Part shown: positions 26,792 through 39,970 of the stretch, piece after piece
Numbering within the stretch: position 1 is the stretch's first letter
How the letters are laid out: every line of letters begins with the position of its first letter
Assembly (NCBI GenBank): GCA_012026655.1
Contig: JAAILG010000129.1
Location: forward strand, 1-64,000
Direction of reading: 5' to 3'
Origin: Hydrolagus affinis
Lineage: Eukaryota
Length of the DNA stretch: 64,000 bases
Notes under the pieces: model-generated
What the model saw: the letters and a program-made list of their open reading frames with translations, nothing else
What the model was told of the DNA's origin: nothing
Database searches by the model: none
Translations under genes and position numbers: made by a program

Positions 26792-29700
26792 AGGTGCTAC
26801 TGCCAATCTCTTGCTGCTAACCCACGAATGACTTGCTGCATGCAAGGTGTCTCTTCCATCATCTCACCGCTCTCCACAGGCGGAATACTTGGTGGGATAT
26901 CCGTTGAGCTGAAAACTGGATAAGCTTCACAAACACCGTGTAACACAGGGCGAGGACAAATTTCATACATCGGTCTTTTTTTATTTGTAACTTCAAAGGC
27001 AATATCTGTGGTCCAGCATGCTTTCCGACACTTTGACTGGCAGTAGATAGGATGTTCAACTGTTAAAACACTCGTTTTTCAACATTATGGATATGCATGT
27101 TTTTTTAATTATATAATGGATGCAAATTGTAACTGGACTTCTGCAATCGTAGAAAACTGCAGGGGGCTGAAAATATCTGCCACTTTAGTTTATCTCCTTC
27201 AAAACCTAGGTCATTACTGCAACTGAGGTTTCCAATTAAACAGACAATAAACAGTCTGATCTGGAGTGGGATCTGAGAGATAGAATCGTACAAAATGTCA
27301 CTCATGAATACATTACGTATGTATGTGTGTAATCAAATGTATTTATATATCTATATATATAGGTGTGTACGTATATGTGTGCATAGGTATGAATACATTA
27401 CATACGGAAGTAATTAATGGAATTCATGGTATTAAATGAAACGCTAACCTGATCAGTGTGGAACTTCCTGCCTTCCTATTAATTCTGATTAACGTTTCAT
27501 GTGGAAAATTGCTGCCACAAATGCCACGATTAATAAGAAGGGAAGAATTCCTCTCAATGCAATATCTATTTTTAAATACTGCAAGACATGATTTGTTTTG
27601 TACTTCAGGTTGCAACTAACTTCCAAATGAGCCAAATCACAACTGTATAAATCATATACAGTGTCCACTAAAGAGAGGCTTCATCTGACGATAACACTAT
27701 TAGGCCCATTGTGTTTGAGATAGATGTTGCCTTTTTGTTTACATGAGGGAAATTGATCTGTATTACAGAGATTCCTGTTTTAATGAAAATCTGTACTTTG
27801 CCTTGGATGCCTAGAGGTATGATTTCACTCTCTCGATTTCCATCGAATTGTTATCCAGGTATCTCTGCCCTATGCTCCGTACTCATGTTTAATAGGCTGC
27901 TGTATTAACAGGAATACTTTCTTAAATCAACAGAGAAGCATAGGACTTTTGTTTTTGAAGCTTTTGACTAATTAGTGGGTCTGTAATTGTCTTTTCTGGC
28001 TGTGTTCAACATTGCTAGGTTCTCTTCTTCCTCGCAGAAGTAGTGATGGCAAGGAAACACTGAGCTGTACAGACATTTGAGTTTGACAATTGAATGAAAC
28101 TGCATGCAAAAAAACCCTGATATCTTATATTTCAGCGCGGGAAGTCAAACACAACAGCTCAAAAAGAGAAATTGTCAGAGTAATAAAACATTTCTGTTTG
28201 TTGGAGACTTTTTTTTTGCCTGCCCAAAACACGTTGAGCTGTTGACAGTCGGTGATGTTGTGTAATAAGTGCTTTTTTGTTATTTCTGAATGTGCCAAAA
28301 GACACTAATTCATTTTCGTGGAAGAATTCGAATGTGATTGGGTTTCCAGCATGAAAATCCCGGTGACGTTAATGTGTTTGCATTTTGTAATGTGCAACTG
28401 TTTATGGACAATGGGTATTTATCTGAAGCTTCCTGGTGCGGTACATTGTGTAACGGATCTTTTTACTCTCTGCCCATCACCTGCTCACTCTATAGGTCAA
28501 CATTGGGTTAGTAGAGCAGCTCTCTGTCTCGTCCTATTCAGTCTGTGACCCTTCGTGCATGTAGCACGGTATTGCAGAGATTCATGCAAGGCAGAAACTG
28601 TAAGGAGTGTTAAATTGATCAAGAATAGTGTAAATTGGGGTATAAATCTGGCTCTTCTAACTCGTGATGTTTGTGTGCAGGAGAGTCCTGATCTAACTGA
28701 TCAGAGCATCAATATCAATCACTCCCTAAGCTCATGTAGGAACATAGGAATATAGGAACATGAGGAGCCATTCAGCCACTCGAGCCTGTTCCGCCACTTA
28801 ATTAGATCATGGCTGATCTGTACCTCAACTAATCCTTCAATTCCAATTTCCCGCTTTCTCCCCATATCCCTTAATACTCTGACCTACCAAACATCGATCA
28901 ACCTCACTCTTGAAGGTGTGGATGGATCCAGGATCCAGGGCCTTTTGGGGAAGAATATCCAAACTCTTTGGGAGGTAACATGCTTCCAGGTTTATTTTAA
29001 TTCAATAAACAAGCAGTACATCAGATATTCTATGTGCTGACATGCCAGCTCTATGCTTGTTCCTCTGCTGTGTGAGCAGTAACTTCCAGCAGAAAGCCTT
29101 GTGACACAAATTTGTGCTTTCCTTTCAAAATCAAAGGCTTTTACGACAAATTAAGTAATTTCACAAACAGCTCTCCAACTCCAAATACAGCAGCCAATCT
29201 TTACTCTAGATATCTTTTGGAGAGAGAGCGTGCGAGAGATGGGTAAGAGTCTGTCAATGGAATTTGGGGATTCAAGGCTGCAAGGAGCTGGAGTTACATT
29301 GAATATCTAGGTGACGCCAAGCTTCAAAAACCCGTGATTGTAGGAGGAGGGGAAGAGCCTCCAAACTTTAGAGGTGACAGAGAATGAAATGGGAAGATCT
29401 CTTCAGCTTTCAATTGACATTAAGGTAGACAATCAGACTGTGAAATTGGCATCACCTGACTATTATTATGCTTCCATTTAACTCGATTTCTCTCCTATTT
29501 TTTTCAATCCTAGCAGTTCTGTGTACTGTGAGCCTCGGTGCTTACCTTTCTCAATAGAAACAATTCCCAAATCAAAGGTTGAAATAAACATTTCACAAGT
29601 TTCCACACTGGAGAACTTGGCAAGAATGAAACAATAACAAATTACATTTGTATAGCACTTTTCACACTGGGAGGGCATCCCTAATCCTTTGCTTTGGATT

Positions 29701-30150
29701 GATGGCGCATGAATAAGTTGCAGTCTTGTCTTAGCTCGAAGGAGCTGATGATAAGTGTTCAGGATCCAGGATTTGTGCTGGTGAGTTATGCATGTTGGAA
29801 ATATTTTTTTTCTCTCTCTCTCTTGCTTGCTTTTACTTATGATTTCAGAGGATAAACTGAAACAGATACGTGAGTGAACCTGTGCGCCATTTGTAGAGCT
29901 GGCTGGACTTTATCTGTGGGGGTGGGTGGGGGCTGCTTTTGTATTGGTATTGTACTGTGAATTGAATCAATGATGCCTTCTGTACATTTTGTAAGTGTTT
30001 TTACTGTACATTGTTGTAACACATACGACAAAGAGAAATTAAGCAAACTTTTGTCTTGGAATCCAGTTAATGGAAGCTCATTGGTAATTGGTTTCTTGTG
30101 AATATTTTCATTGGTGTTTACAAATAAACAGATTTTATCAGGTTATCCAG
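26792..30150 (+). other. camk2a: camk2a 3' UTR (putative, to distal polyA signal)
   Basis: AU/U-rich sequence after the stop; AATAAA at 29004-29009 and 30123-30128; TGTA-rich block before the distal signal; true 3' end not determinable from DNA. Confidence 0.5.
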
Positions 30151-33100
30151 CCTAAAACTTATTTTTCATGCAATCAACAACAACAACAAATTACATTTAT
30201 AGAGCGCCTTTCACGTCGGGAGGACGTCAATCTATCTACTAGAGGAATTATCTGAAACCTTGATTTAAATAGACTTCAAATCAATCCTCAGTATTTTCTT
30301 TGTCGCAAATCTGGTTTCAAATTCATATGAATGAATACTGAAATTACAGATATTTGTAATAAGGTTTAACTTTCCTATTGGAAAACACGTACGCGTCAGG
30401 GCAGAGAGATTCAGTCAAAGAGGGTGAATGTTGAGATGAACCCCAGCTAAAGATTGGAAGGTCCAGAGCTAGTTTGATTGAAATATTCCAGATTCTCAGA
30501 GTTTTGATAAATTGCACCCAAATAATATGAAAACACAGGCTTGGGAGAGGTCAGGTGAACAGAGAGGTGAAGAAGTTACTAACTCTACTGGAGAGCATTG
30601 AATATGTGGGATGACCTACCCAGGAAATAAGAGTCAGTCAATTGTATTGGCAAGTTATGGAGAGAATTGGGTAGCACACAAACTCATTGAGGATGTAAGA
30701 GAGCAAAGTGTTGCTATCATACAGACCACAATTCTCTTTCTGTGCCCTGAACATACCTATATACTAGTATATGAACACTGGAGATTTAACTCAGCATAGA
30801 TCAGGGATTTAAGGTGGTGGAGAGCAGCGAGGACAATATGAAGGAGACACATACGTGGGGAGAAACAAACAAGGCGACCAGTGTCTGTGCTGGAAACAAG
30901 TCCACAAATCCAACTCTGTTTCGCCTATTTTTACCTATGGAATTTTATTGGTGCTGGTTTAATGAGTGACAGGGCAGGAGATAACGGGTGGCGATATGAA
31001 TGATTATCAAACACACAGTCAGATGATGCCATGTTGGGATCTGCTGTTGTCAGCAATCATGTCAGTGTGTTGCTGACACTGACTGACACTCCTGTTGTCT
31101 CAGCCCTTTGAGCCCGAGCTTAAACCACTGAGCAACCTTTGATAAGGAGCTACTGTCAGCTCTCCCACACAGATACATGTGCATTACTTCTCGCATGTGA
31201 AATAGAAAACAGCTATAAATCCTGAGTGAAAGTGTTCTGACAACATCAAAATCTTATAAAGCATAGGCAAGGTGGTCCGGTTGTCATTGAGATGTCGACA
31301 GGAATTTCACCTCCCATGTGTGTATTTCTAAATGTAATGTTAAATGGAAGTTATAGGACAACACAGATGTAACTGGTAGTTAATGGCTTATACAACACTT
31401 CTCTCTGATGATCTTTAATGGTCCCGTACATTCCGGTGTTCCTATGAAACTGACTACACTCCAGCCTCATTAATCTCCAATAAAAGTGATCATTTTTATC
31501 CTGAAATCCCTTGTGAAGTTCTTTCCTTGATTTAGTTAATGCGAGCGTCTTATCATCAATAAGCACCTTGCTCCCCCACAACCCCCTCCATTTTTTTGAC
31601 TCCGATCTACAAAATTACTAGTTATAAACTCTTTAGATTGTAAGAACTGAATGTTTGTTCTCTTTAGCAATAGCAGATATCCCTCTGCACTGAATGGTTC
31701 TCTCCAGATAGGGTGACTCCAATATGTAATAAGGATATTCTAATGGTGATAACTTCGGGATACAGGTATCATTCTGGGCTACATTCAAGGTCACTCCAGT
31801 GATCAGTGCAATAAATCTTTATATTCCCCAATAAACCAACTTTCCATAAAATATAAATTTATTGTGAAATTTGTAATGATTAACTGTGCAGTTGATAGCT
31901 CTGATTCCAGAAAGTCTGGTGGTTATTCCTGCTTCTTACTTCCTGCAAAGATCACTACATTCCCTTCCACTTCTGATTGTGAGTTAATAATCTCAGTTGC
32001 TCAACTATATCAGGGATATATTTCATTTGCACCCCCAATATACCCCCCACTCCCCTGACTGGGAGAGATTTACTGCATCAGCGGGGAATGATAAAAACAA
32101 CAACTTACATTTACACATTGCCCCCATCACCCAGAGCATTGTCCTAGAGAGTTTAACAGTGATGGAGCCTGACTCCGAGCCTTGGGGGAACGAGGAGGTG
32201 ACCCTAAGCACAGTCGAAGAGGAAGGTTTTCAGTCATGATTTATAGAGGGGAAGGCAGAGGGGGCAAAGCAGGGGGATTGGAAGAGAGAATTTCAAAGCT
32301 TCAGGGCATAAGTGACTGAAAGCGTGGTTGTTGATGGTGGAGAGGAGGGTACGAGGGACAAGCAGGAGATCAGTGCCAACTGTGCGGAGGCGGCGGGTAG
32401 TGGAGTGGAGACAAGGATGCAGTGAAGTGAGCTTTCATAATATTTAGAGAAATGTTTATTGATGTATTATTAAAATATATATATATAAGACTTGTTCCCA
32501 TAATATCTGGCACAATAAATATGATAACTGCACTCCCTCCCTCTCTCCCTTCCGTCCTCCTGATGAGAAAGGCGCTCTATCAATTTAATTTTGTTGTTGT
32601 TGTTGTTCAGTGACTTGAAACCTGATACACATGCAGCAGTTTTTATCGTCCCGTTACCTTGAGAACTACAGGAGAAACTAAGGGAGCAGCAATCTGTACA
32701 GGGGCTGTTTGTAAAGCAGAAACACTCGCTGATAGATTGTTATGTTAAGAGTGAAACAGGTTTGAAAAGAACATCACAAAAATAGAAACAAATACAAACG
32801 GTCCTATATAATTAGACCACAAATCTCCCGATGTGAAAGGCGCTCAGTTATCAATGTAATGTTGTGGTTGTTGTACTCCACATAGCATTCTCGCTCAAGT
32901 CATTGGCTGATTCAGAAGTAGAAGGTCTCAGACTCCAAGGGCTCAATCTTCACTGAAATATACTGGATTCATGACAAGACAGTGACAGTATCTCCATCTC
33001 TCTCTTTCCCATTCTCAAAAGATTGTCCTTCAGGTTTAGGGAAAGTATAATTTTGTTCCCGACCACTGTTTCCACCCACATCCCACTGTGAGTTAGAGAA

Positions 33101-36100
33101 GAGCAATTTACTTTAATTGCTTCAGATTCACTAATTAAGACTATTGAAGCTTTGAATACCTACACATCAATACTGTTTACTCCCATTCAAAATCTCTCAA
33201 CTCGCCCCCACCCCTTACCTCAGTCTTCCTTCTGCCAAGTCTTTATAGATTTTGCCCCAAATTGGGGTTAGCCTTTTATTACTCATCTTCTTCCTATTCT
33301 GTCCAACCAGGATGGTGTCCTGTCTGTCCCTTCTTGTGGATCTTGCCCCCAAGTCTGAGTTTCTTCACATAGAAAATAGTGATAGGAAAAAGGGAATGGC
33401 AGTAGGTGGCGATAAAACCCAGTGAAGTAGTTTTGGACCTGATGTTTCCGACAAATACACATACAGAAGACACAAACAGACAGACAAGGAGGCAGACAAG
33501 ATTCCAGCCTGTTAAACTAGTATCTGAACTGACATCAAATATAATATAACTAACTGCTTCTGGGTGCAGAGGTCTCTATTCTAGAGCTTCCTTTTGTAAG
33601 TCAGGAAACCCAGACTGGACATTAAGCAGCAGAGAAGCTCCATGCCCCACTGAGAGGACAACAATAACTTTCCATAGTGTTCCCCGCACAGGTTAGCGCC
33701 CCAGAGTGTCTGAGGATAGCCACTGTCTTCGCTGTAAATTGAGAAACAGTAACATTAAACACACATATTTCTTTTTATACAGTAAACGTACAACCAGACA
33801 TAAATATACATTGTCAATCTTTTACTACTCTGTAAGTGATTGTCTCTTTACTGGGGGACAGTTGACAAAGTCCGGGAAGAGACCCATCCAAATGAATAAA
33901 TAAATAAGAATTTGGTCTCTCAATCCACCACTGTTTGTGGGACAGACACTGCTGTGTGCAATTGACTGCCGTGATCCTCCCACCAAATCTACAGTCAATT
34001 CACTTTACAGTATCTTCTGTGAAACGCTATGAGACGTCTCGACAATGTGACAAGGTGCTATACCAAATGAAAGGATTACTATTATTATAACCCAAGGAAG
34101 AACTCAGACACAGCGAGATCCAGCCCAGAGCAGAGCAAGCGAGCTGAGGGGAGAGAGTCTTATCTCTCCACTCCTGTGGCAGCTGTTTGTGTGGCTGGGA
34201 ACTCACAGTCAATCGATTTCTCATTTATCAAACAGCCATTAATATGTGTAAGGAAAATATTATTGTGTTTATCTTGCTCTTAAAATGAATAGGACTGGTC
34301 TTATTAGAAATAAATGAAATGTCTGTACAGTAGAAATGTGTAATTAGCTGGTGTGTACATCTCAGCAACAACAAACACAATTCTGTTTCGCATCAAAGGA
34401 CCATGAAAAGTTTACAAGACGGGAGGTCGTTGAGACCATCCTCTCCCTCCCCGTGCTAACCTCTGCACTATTCCCCTGCCTCTGCTTTCCCCTGAACCCT
34501 TTAATATTATTTTTCATCAATTAATGGCTTGCTTCTGTGGTGGGAGCGCCACCTGGTGGTGGCATTTCAGCTGTATTGGGTGGTTGAACTATAGTTGGTG
34601 ACTTAGGAATGGTGTATCAAATGCAACAACAAAATTACAATTGCATAGGTGCCTTTCACGTCAGGAGGACGTCCCAAGGTGCTGGACAGGTTACTGCTTC
34701 AGACACGAGCCACCCAAGGACAGGGTGGGTGGGGAGGAGTCGCCAATGGGACCATCGAAGAGATTATTAGGATTGGCAAACTTTCTCAATAAACAACATT
34801 ACCAGTGTGGAAACTCCTCTGTGTTGAGGGCACAATCCACAATTCTAGTGATAGTGTTAATGAGAAGGTAATGTCAGTGTTGAGTATATCTCACTGCAGG
34901 AGGTGCCTTAATGTTCCCTGTTAGGCTTACAAATGAAGGACCTGTTATGATCCTGCCCATCACTCACCACTTTGGCTCATGTGTGGCCATGGGTGAAAAG
35001 GGGGGTGGGGGGTCTTTCCTCTTGGGAGATTTAGCCCCAGGTGAACCAGTGCCTTCAGGAATAGATAGGGAATATATTGGCAGAAAAAATATAGAAATTT
35101 ACATCTAACATTTAATAAATGATTATGTTATTCAATTGGATGTGGGAGGGAGGCAGGAATCTCTACTTAGGGAAACGGGAATAATCTCAGCTCTCCTACG
35201 GCAAGGTGTTATTTTACTGCCCTCTCTAGCTTTGTTGGCTATTGGCCTTTGTCGCACGCATCCTCTCACTAAAGTCAGCTCTCCATAAAACAGGACAACA
35301 CACACCCATCAGCAGGGCTGGGTTCTGATGGCTCCACAGCCACCTGAACTGAATCTCCCAACAGCAACCTTTGCCCTGGTACATTGTATGTGCAAACAAT
35401 AAAGCGAAATTGGGTTTCCGTAGAAATATGTCAAAGTACATGTCGCTTAGCAACCGCACGGATCAGTGAGGCAGTGACGAGATAAAGGTTCTCCCTGAAC
35501 TCCTGGTATCATAGGGTGTGTTCTTTATGAGCCTGTGGTAGAAGGTTGTTGTAATAAGTTTATAACTTGGCAGAGAAGGGTCTGGAATTGGACTTTCCCT
35601 TTGCTTATTTGACCCATATGAAGACTACCTGTAAGCTGCTGTGTGCAGGCTGGTGAATCAAGCACTTCGGGACTTGACCAGAAATCATTGAACAAGCCTC
35701 TGTTTTGGGGGATATCGTTTCAAAATACTGTTCTTGACTGAGTTTAGTTGCGGTGATGATTATTCCATGGGGAAAAGTTCCATGTAGAGTTATGAGTCAG
35801 AACCATAGAGGACTGTGGGGCCTGTGTCAGTCAGCACAGAATGAGCACATAGAACACGTGGACCTCAGGTCATGATAACCATCATACTTCTGCTCCAAGC
35901 TGCCTTACAGCCTCGTTCAGACACCAAGATTTGTCTCAACATAATGGCCATTCCCCTCCCAGTCTTTCAGATTAAACCAGTTTCCATTGAGTCCCGTCTC
36001 CTCAATTGTCTCCAAATGAATCATAAACCGTCATTATTGTTTCCAATCCCATCATTGTAGAAACATGTTCAGCAAAGAACGAATAACACAAGTGATAAGC

Positions 36101-36112
36101 GGAGGCATTAGT

Positions 36113-36118
36113 TTTACT
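36113..36118 (-). other. candidate cdx1 polyA signal (AGTAAA variant)
   Basis: follows a U-rich TGTAC/TTTTTATTTTAAT block on the minus strand, about 1.2 kb after the stop. Confidence 0.25.
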
Positions 36119-37327
36119 TTAAATGCATCATAATAATTACACCCCATTAAAATAAAAAAGTACAAACATTTCAACATATATTACTTTCTGCTAAAGGGAA
36201 ATGGCCTGTGTTGCGATTAGAGGTGGTTTTGGCCTCAACATTTTCTTAATTTGTTGTTGTTAAAGCTTTTGGTGACAATGGATGTGAGATCAACCATTCA
36301 ATGCTTATCCCATACTGGCAAGCCAAGATTCCCCAGGATATTCCCTTATTCATCTCTTAGTTGTGCCTTGCTGGTTCAAAGCAACTGTCATGTTTGCGTT
36401 CAAAACAGTTCAAATTCAGCCTGAATTTGGCTTAATTTGGTTATTTTTAAAGAGAACCAAAGTAAGACCAAATTTGAGGATTTTGCATAAATATTCACAA
36501 TCTTTAATTTTAAGACAACCTGATAGAGATGGGATTTCATTGTCGAGTACAGTTCAGCGAGCTCTCTGTCACTGAGTAATCTGTATTCAGACCACCTTAG
36601 GCTATGTATCATGGCCCTGGCAAAGAATCTTTGAACTAAGGTCTTTACTATATACAAGTACAACCTCAACCATATGCATATGAACGAATTAACTGAAACC
36701 ACTTCTGATATGTTACATGAAAAAGAGGTTGAAGATTAAACCTCATTGCTGCTGTGTGCCACAGTGTGATGTAGGGTGAGGCTTGTTGGTGGCACTCTGC
36801 GGGTTCACAGGTGATGAATGGGACACTTGGATAAGGTATTGCAACCATGCACCTTCCAAGACAATGGAGAGGAAACGTGAAGAAGTAAGGAAACATTTTG
36901 TGGCAGAGCTAAACACAACAGCAAGTTCCCCACATCAAGCTCAAAGCTACAGCAAGTGGAGGATGTTGCTCTGTTCAGGAAATATATTACATTATAGTAG
37001 CAGACAAGAGGAAATTAGTAGATTCGGTCATAAAAATGGCATCTGAAAAGTGGAGTTATTCAGTAGTATAATACACTGCAAAATAATATATTCTTACTGT
37101 AAAAAGCAGCCAGGCTCGTAAACCACGTGAGATATGACAATATAGTTTTGAATCCTACCAGAAGGTACATATTGAAAATATATTTGGATGTATTATATAT
37201 CCTGGGAGGGATGATAATGGCAAAAACTGTTCACAACAACATCCCAAATGATGGCTTGGTTGTGGTGGGTCTTTGGATTCAGAGAGTCCCTTGTGATTGG
37301 AAATGGCTGGTTCACCAGAAGGTTGTG

Positions 37328-37552
37328 TTAGGGCAGATATTCCTCTTTAATAGTCATCGGGAGAGACTGTGAGAGCAGGTTACCAGTACTGCCCACACTG
37401 CTGCTGCTGACCATGCCTATAGCACTCACACAGCCCGTGCCAGTGCCTGGAGGAGTGGGGGTGGTTGTGGTCGCTGCCTGCGATTGCTGCTGAAGCTTCT
37501 TCTTGTTTATTTTCCTCTCTTTCGCTCTTCGGTTCTGGAACCAAATCTTTAC
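37328..37552 (-). CDS. cdx1: cdx1 exon 3 ([19 protein letters not shown]...MTIKEEYLP*)
   Basis: acag|GTAAAGATTTGG; homeodomain helix 3; C-terminal KEEYLP resembles the Cdx1 KEEFLP end. Confidence 0.95.
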   Translation of the reverse strand, partial: VKIWFQNRRAKERKINKKKLQQQSQAATTTTPTPPGTGTGCVSAIGMVSSSSVGSTGNLLSQSLPMTIKEEYLP

Positions 37553-37749
37553 CTGTGTAAACAGGACAAGAGAACAGAATAAACAAAGTGAGCAATGCTC
37601 GGCAACAATTCTCTCACCATCACCCACCTCACTGCGCTCCCACCAGCTCTCTCCCACATCCATTGGCTTTATATAATATGGAACTGATAGAGCGTAAATA
37701 TTTTAACGCTACTTAGTCATCATTTGTCCTGACAATAAGATACACTCAC

Positions 37750-37895
37750 CTGACGTTCAGACAGTCCCAGCGTTACTGACAGCTCAGCTTTCCTGCGTAT
37801 GGTTATGTATCTACTGTAGTGAAACTCCTTCTCCAGCTCCAGCCTCTGGTGATCTGTGTAGACAACTCGGTATTTGTCTTTTGTCCTGGTTTTAC
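37750..37895 (-). CDS. cdx1: cdx1 exon 2 ([49 protein letters not shown])
   Basis: ccag|GT...CAG|gtgag; 146 nt; caudal-type homeodomain. Confidence 0.97.
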
Positions 37896-39664
37896 CTGGT
37901 TTATAGACACAAGGACACATTTGTTATGAAGAACAGAGGCACCTTAGAGCTGTACTCACTCGTTCTCCTTGGAAAGAGAACATTGAAGCGATTATGATCC
38001 TGGGTTTGGTAGTAACGAATAACCTGGAGAAAGCCTGACTGAGCTGTTATGGACATAGACCAGGAGAACGGAATGAGAGGCTAGGGGGTCAGATTAAACT
38101 CTTCAGTTTCAGAAACTGAACTCTTGTCCAGGACCAAAGAGCAAGACAGAAGGCAGGGTAACTCAGGTAGAGGCCCGATTTGTTCCTGAGGTTTAAGAGC
38201 CTGTGTACTGTAGGACGAAGGTTGGAGAGAAGGACCTCCTGTCAGCTAAATCTAAGGGCAAACAGAGTTAAGGCATGAAAGTGCTGTGCAAGAGGTTTGT
38301 GGTAATACATTAGACTGATGAGTTCTTTACATATAAAGCGATGGAACACTGTGCTGTGTTATTTCAGGCTAATCCCAAGTCAACATTGTGCATTTCAAAC
38401 ATTGTGCAGAGCCAAACAATGCACTCCTTTACTGAACAGTGACTCATACTGGTGCATGTGGCATTGTGTACCATAGATTCTATACCCCCCCCACTACCAC
38501 CCCCCGCAACACACACACACAGGACTGAGCAATATACAGAGCACTGTGTGAAATCCAGAGTATAATCTTCTGTTTGCCATTAGCATGGCAGCTGGTCAGA
38601 TGTTATTGATTCCCTTCCTGCTCGCACTGGGGGCACAAGATGGTGAATTTTCTTTGTCCATCGTTGCTCTTTATCATATGTCAATGTTTATCAGGTGCAA
38701 CAGACACATTGGCAGGTGAGTCCATGAGTAATCATCTCAGGTACTTTGAACTTAAGTAAAATGGATGTGTCGTCTTGTGAATGTCACATTTATTTATTAC
38801 ACTGTACAGATGTACGACAACAGGTTTGTATAGCAAATTAATGTGCGAAATTCACAATACAGATCTGTGGAAGAGCAAACAATCTCTCAAAGCATTCAGT
38901 ACTTTCAAAGCTCTAGAACAATTCAGCCTCCTCCGTCCACAGAAAAGTAGAATCAATCTGCCCCATCATAGAATCTGCCATTTCCTCTCCAAATGCTCCC
39001 CAGATTCCCTAAAGCCAATCAAGCCAAACTCCAGGGTAATCATTTATTCCCACTTGTTGACTATTCCACGGGTCAATGTTAGATGTGAGGACTGCTACAC
39101 CTATTAGAGCTTTGGTTCAGAGGCTTGAGGACATGCTTACATCTTTTGTTTTCATTGATAAACCAGGCAACAGTGTTGAGCATTTACTACCAAGTTGGCA
39201 GATATTGGCTCCTCGGAGTTAGCTTTATGTCAAGTGACCACCTCCCCCAACAAAGAAGATGATTGAGAGGCTAGGTGCTCACTTCACCAACCCTGAAAGG
39301 ATGAAAGCTGAGAGGATGCTTCAGGATTTAAGCCCTGACTCTGTGTCACAATCAGGCAGAACATTATTGGTGACAGTCTCAGTGTCAATGGCAAATTAGA
39401 AACCTTAAGGAGGGCCTGAAGCAGAGAGATGAGCAGGAGGGAATGAACAGAGTAGGCCAAGAAGATGCTTCCTCAAACTGCTTCTTCCAGTGTCCCTAGA
39501 AAAGATCAGCTCTAAATACCTACAAACTACAACCTTCAGAAGGATAATAATAATAATAATCCTTACATTTATATTGTGCTTTCCACATCTTATCGACGTC
39601 TCAAAGCGCTTGAATATACAGAATACAACAACATCCCATGGTTGTGACCAAAGCAGTGGGAGAG

Positions 39665-39764
39665 NNNNNNNNNNNNNNNNNNNNNNNNNNNNNNNNNNNN
39701 NNNNNNNNNNNNNNNNNNNNNNNNNNNNNNNNNNNNNNNNNNNNNNNNNNNNNNNNNNNNNNNN
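39665..39764. other. assembly gap (100 N)
   Basis: run of N in cdx1 intron 1. Confidence 1.
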
Positions 39765-39970
39765 TTGTGGAAGTGGGGCCAGGGGAGAAAGGGGGAAAAG
39801 AGGATAAGGGGGAAGAGGGAGGTGAAGGTGGGGTAAAATCAGGGAGGAAAAGGGGGTTAAGGGGGGAGAGGGAGGGAAAGGTGATGGGGGCTTAAAATCA
39901 GGGAGAAATGGGGGTAAGGGAGGGAAGGGGGGAGAGAAAGGGGGGAGAGAAAGGGGGGAAAGGGAATGAG
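39765..39970. repeat. G-rich polypurine low-complexity tract
   Basis: GGG/GA runs with repeated TAAAATCAGGGAG..GGGGG.TAAGGG unit. Confidence 0.85.

Noticed and set aside
31351-31581. ORF with TGMY...KPL, faintly like the SLC6A7 C-terminus
   Set aside because: Only a few residues match and spacing differs; cannot be told from chance without tBLASTn
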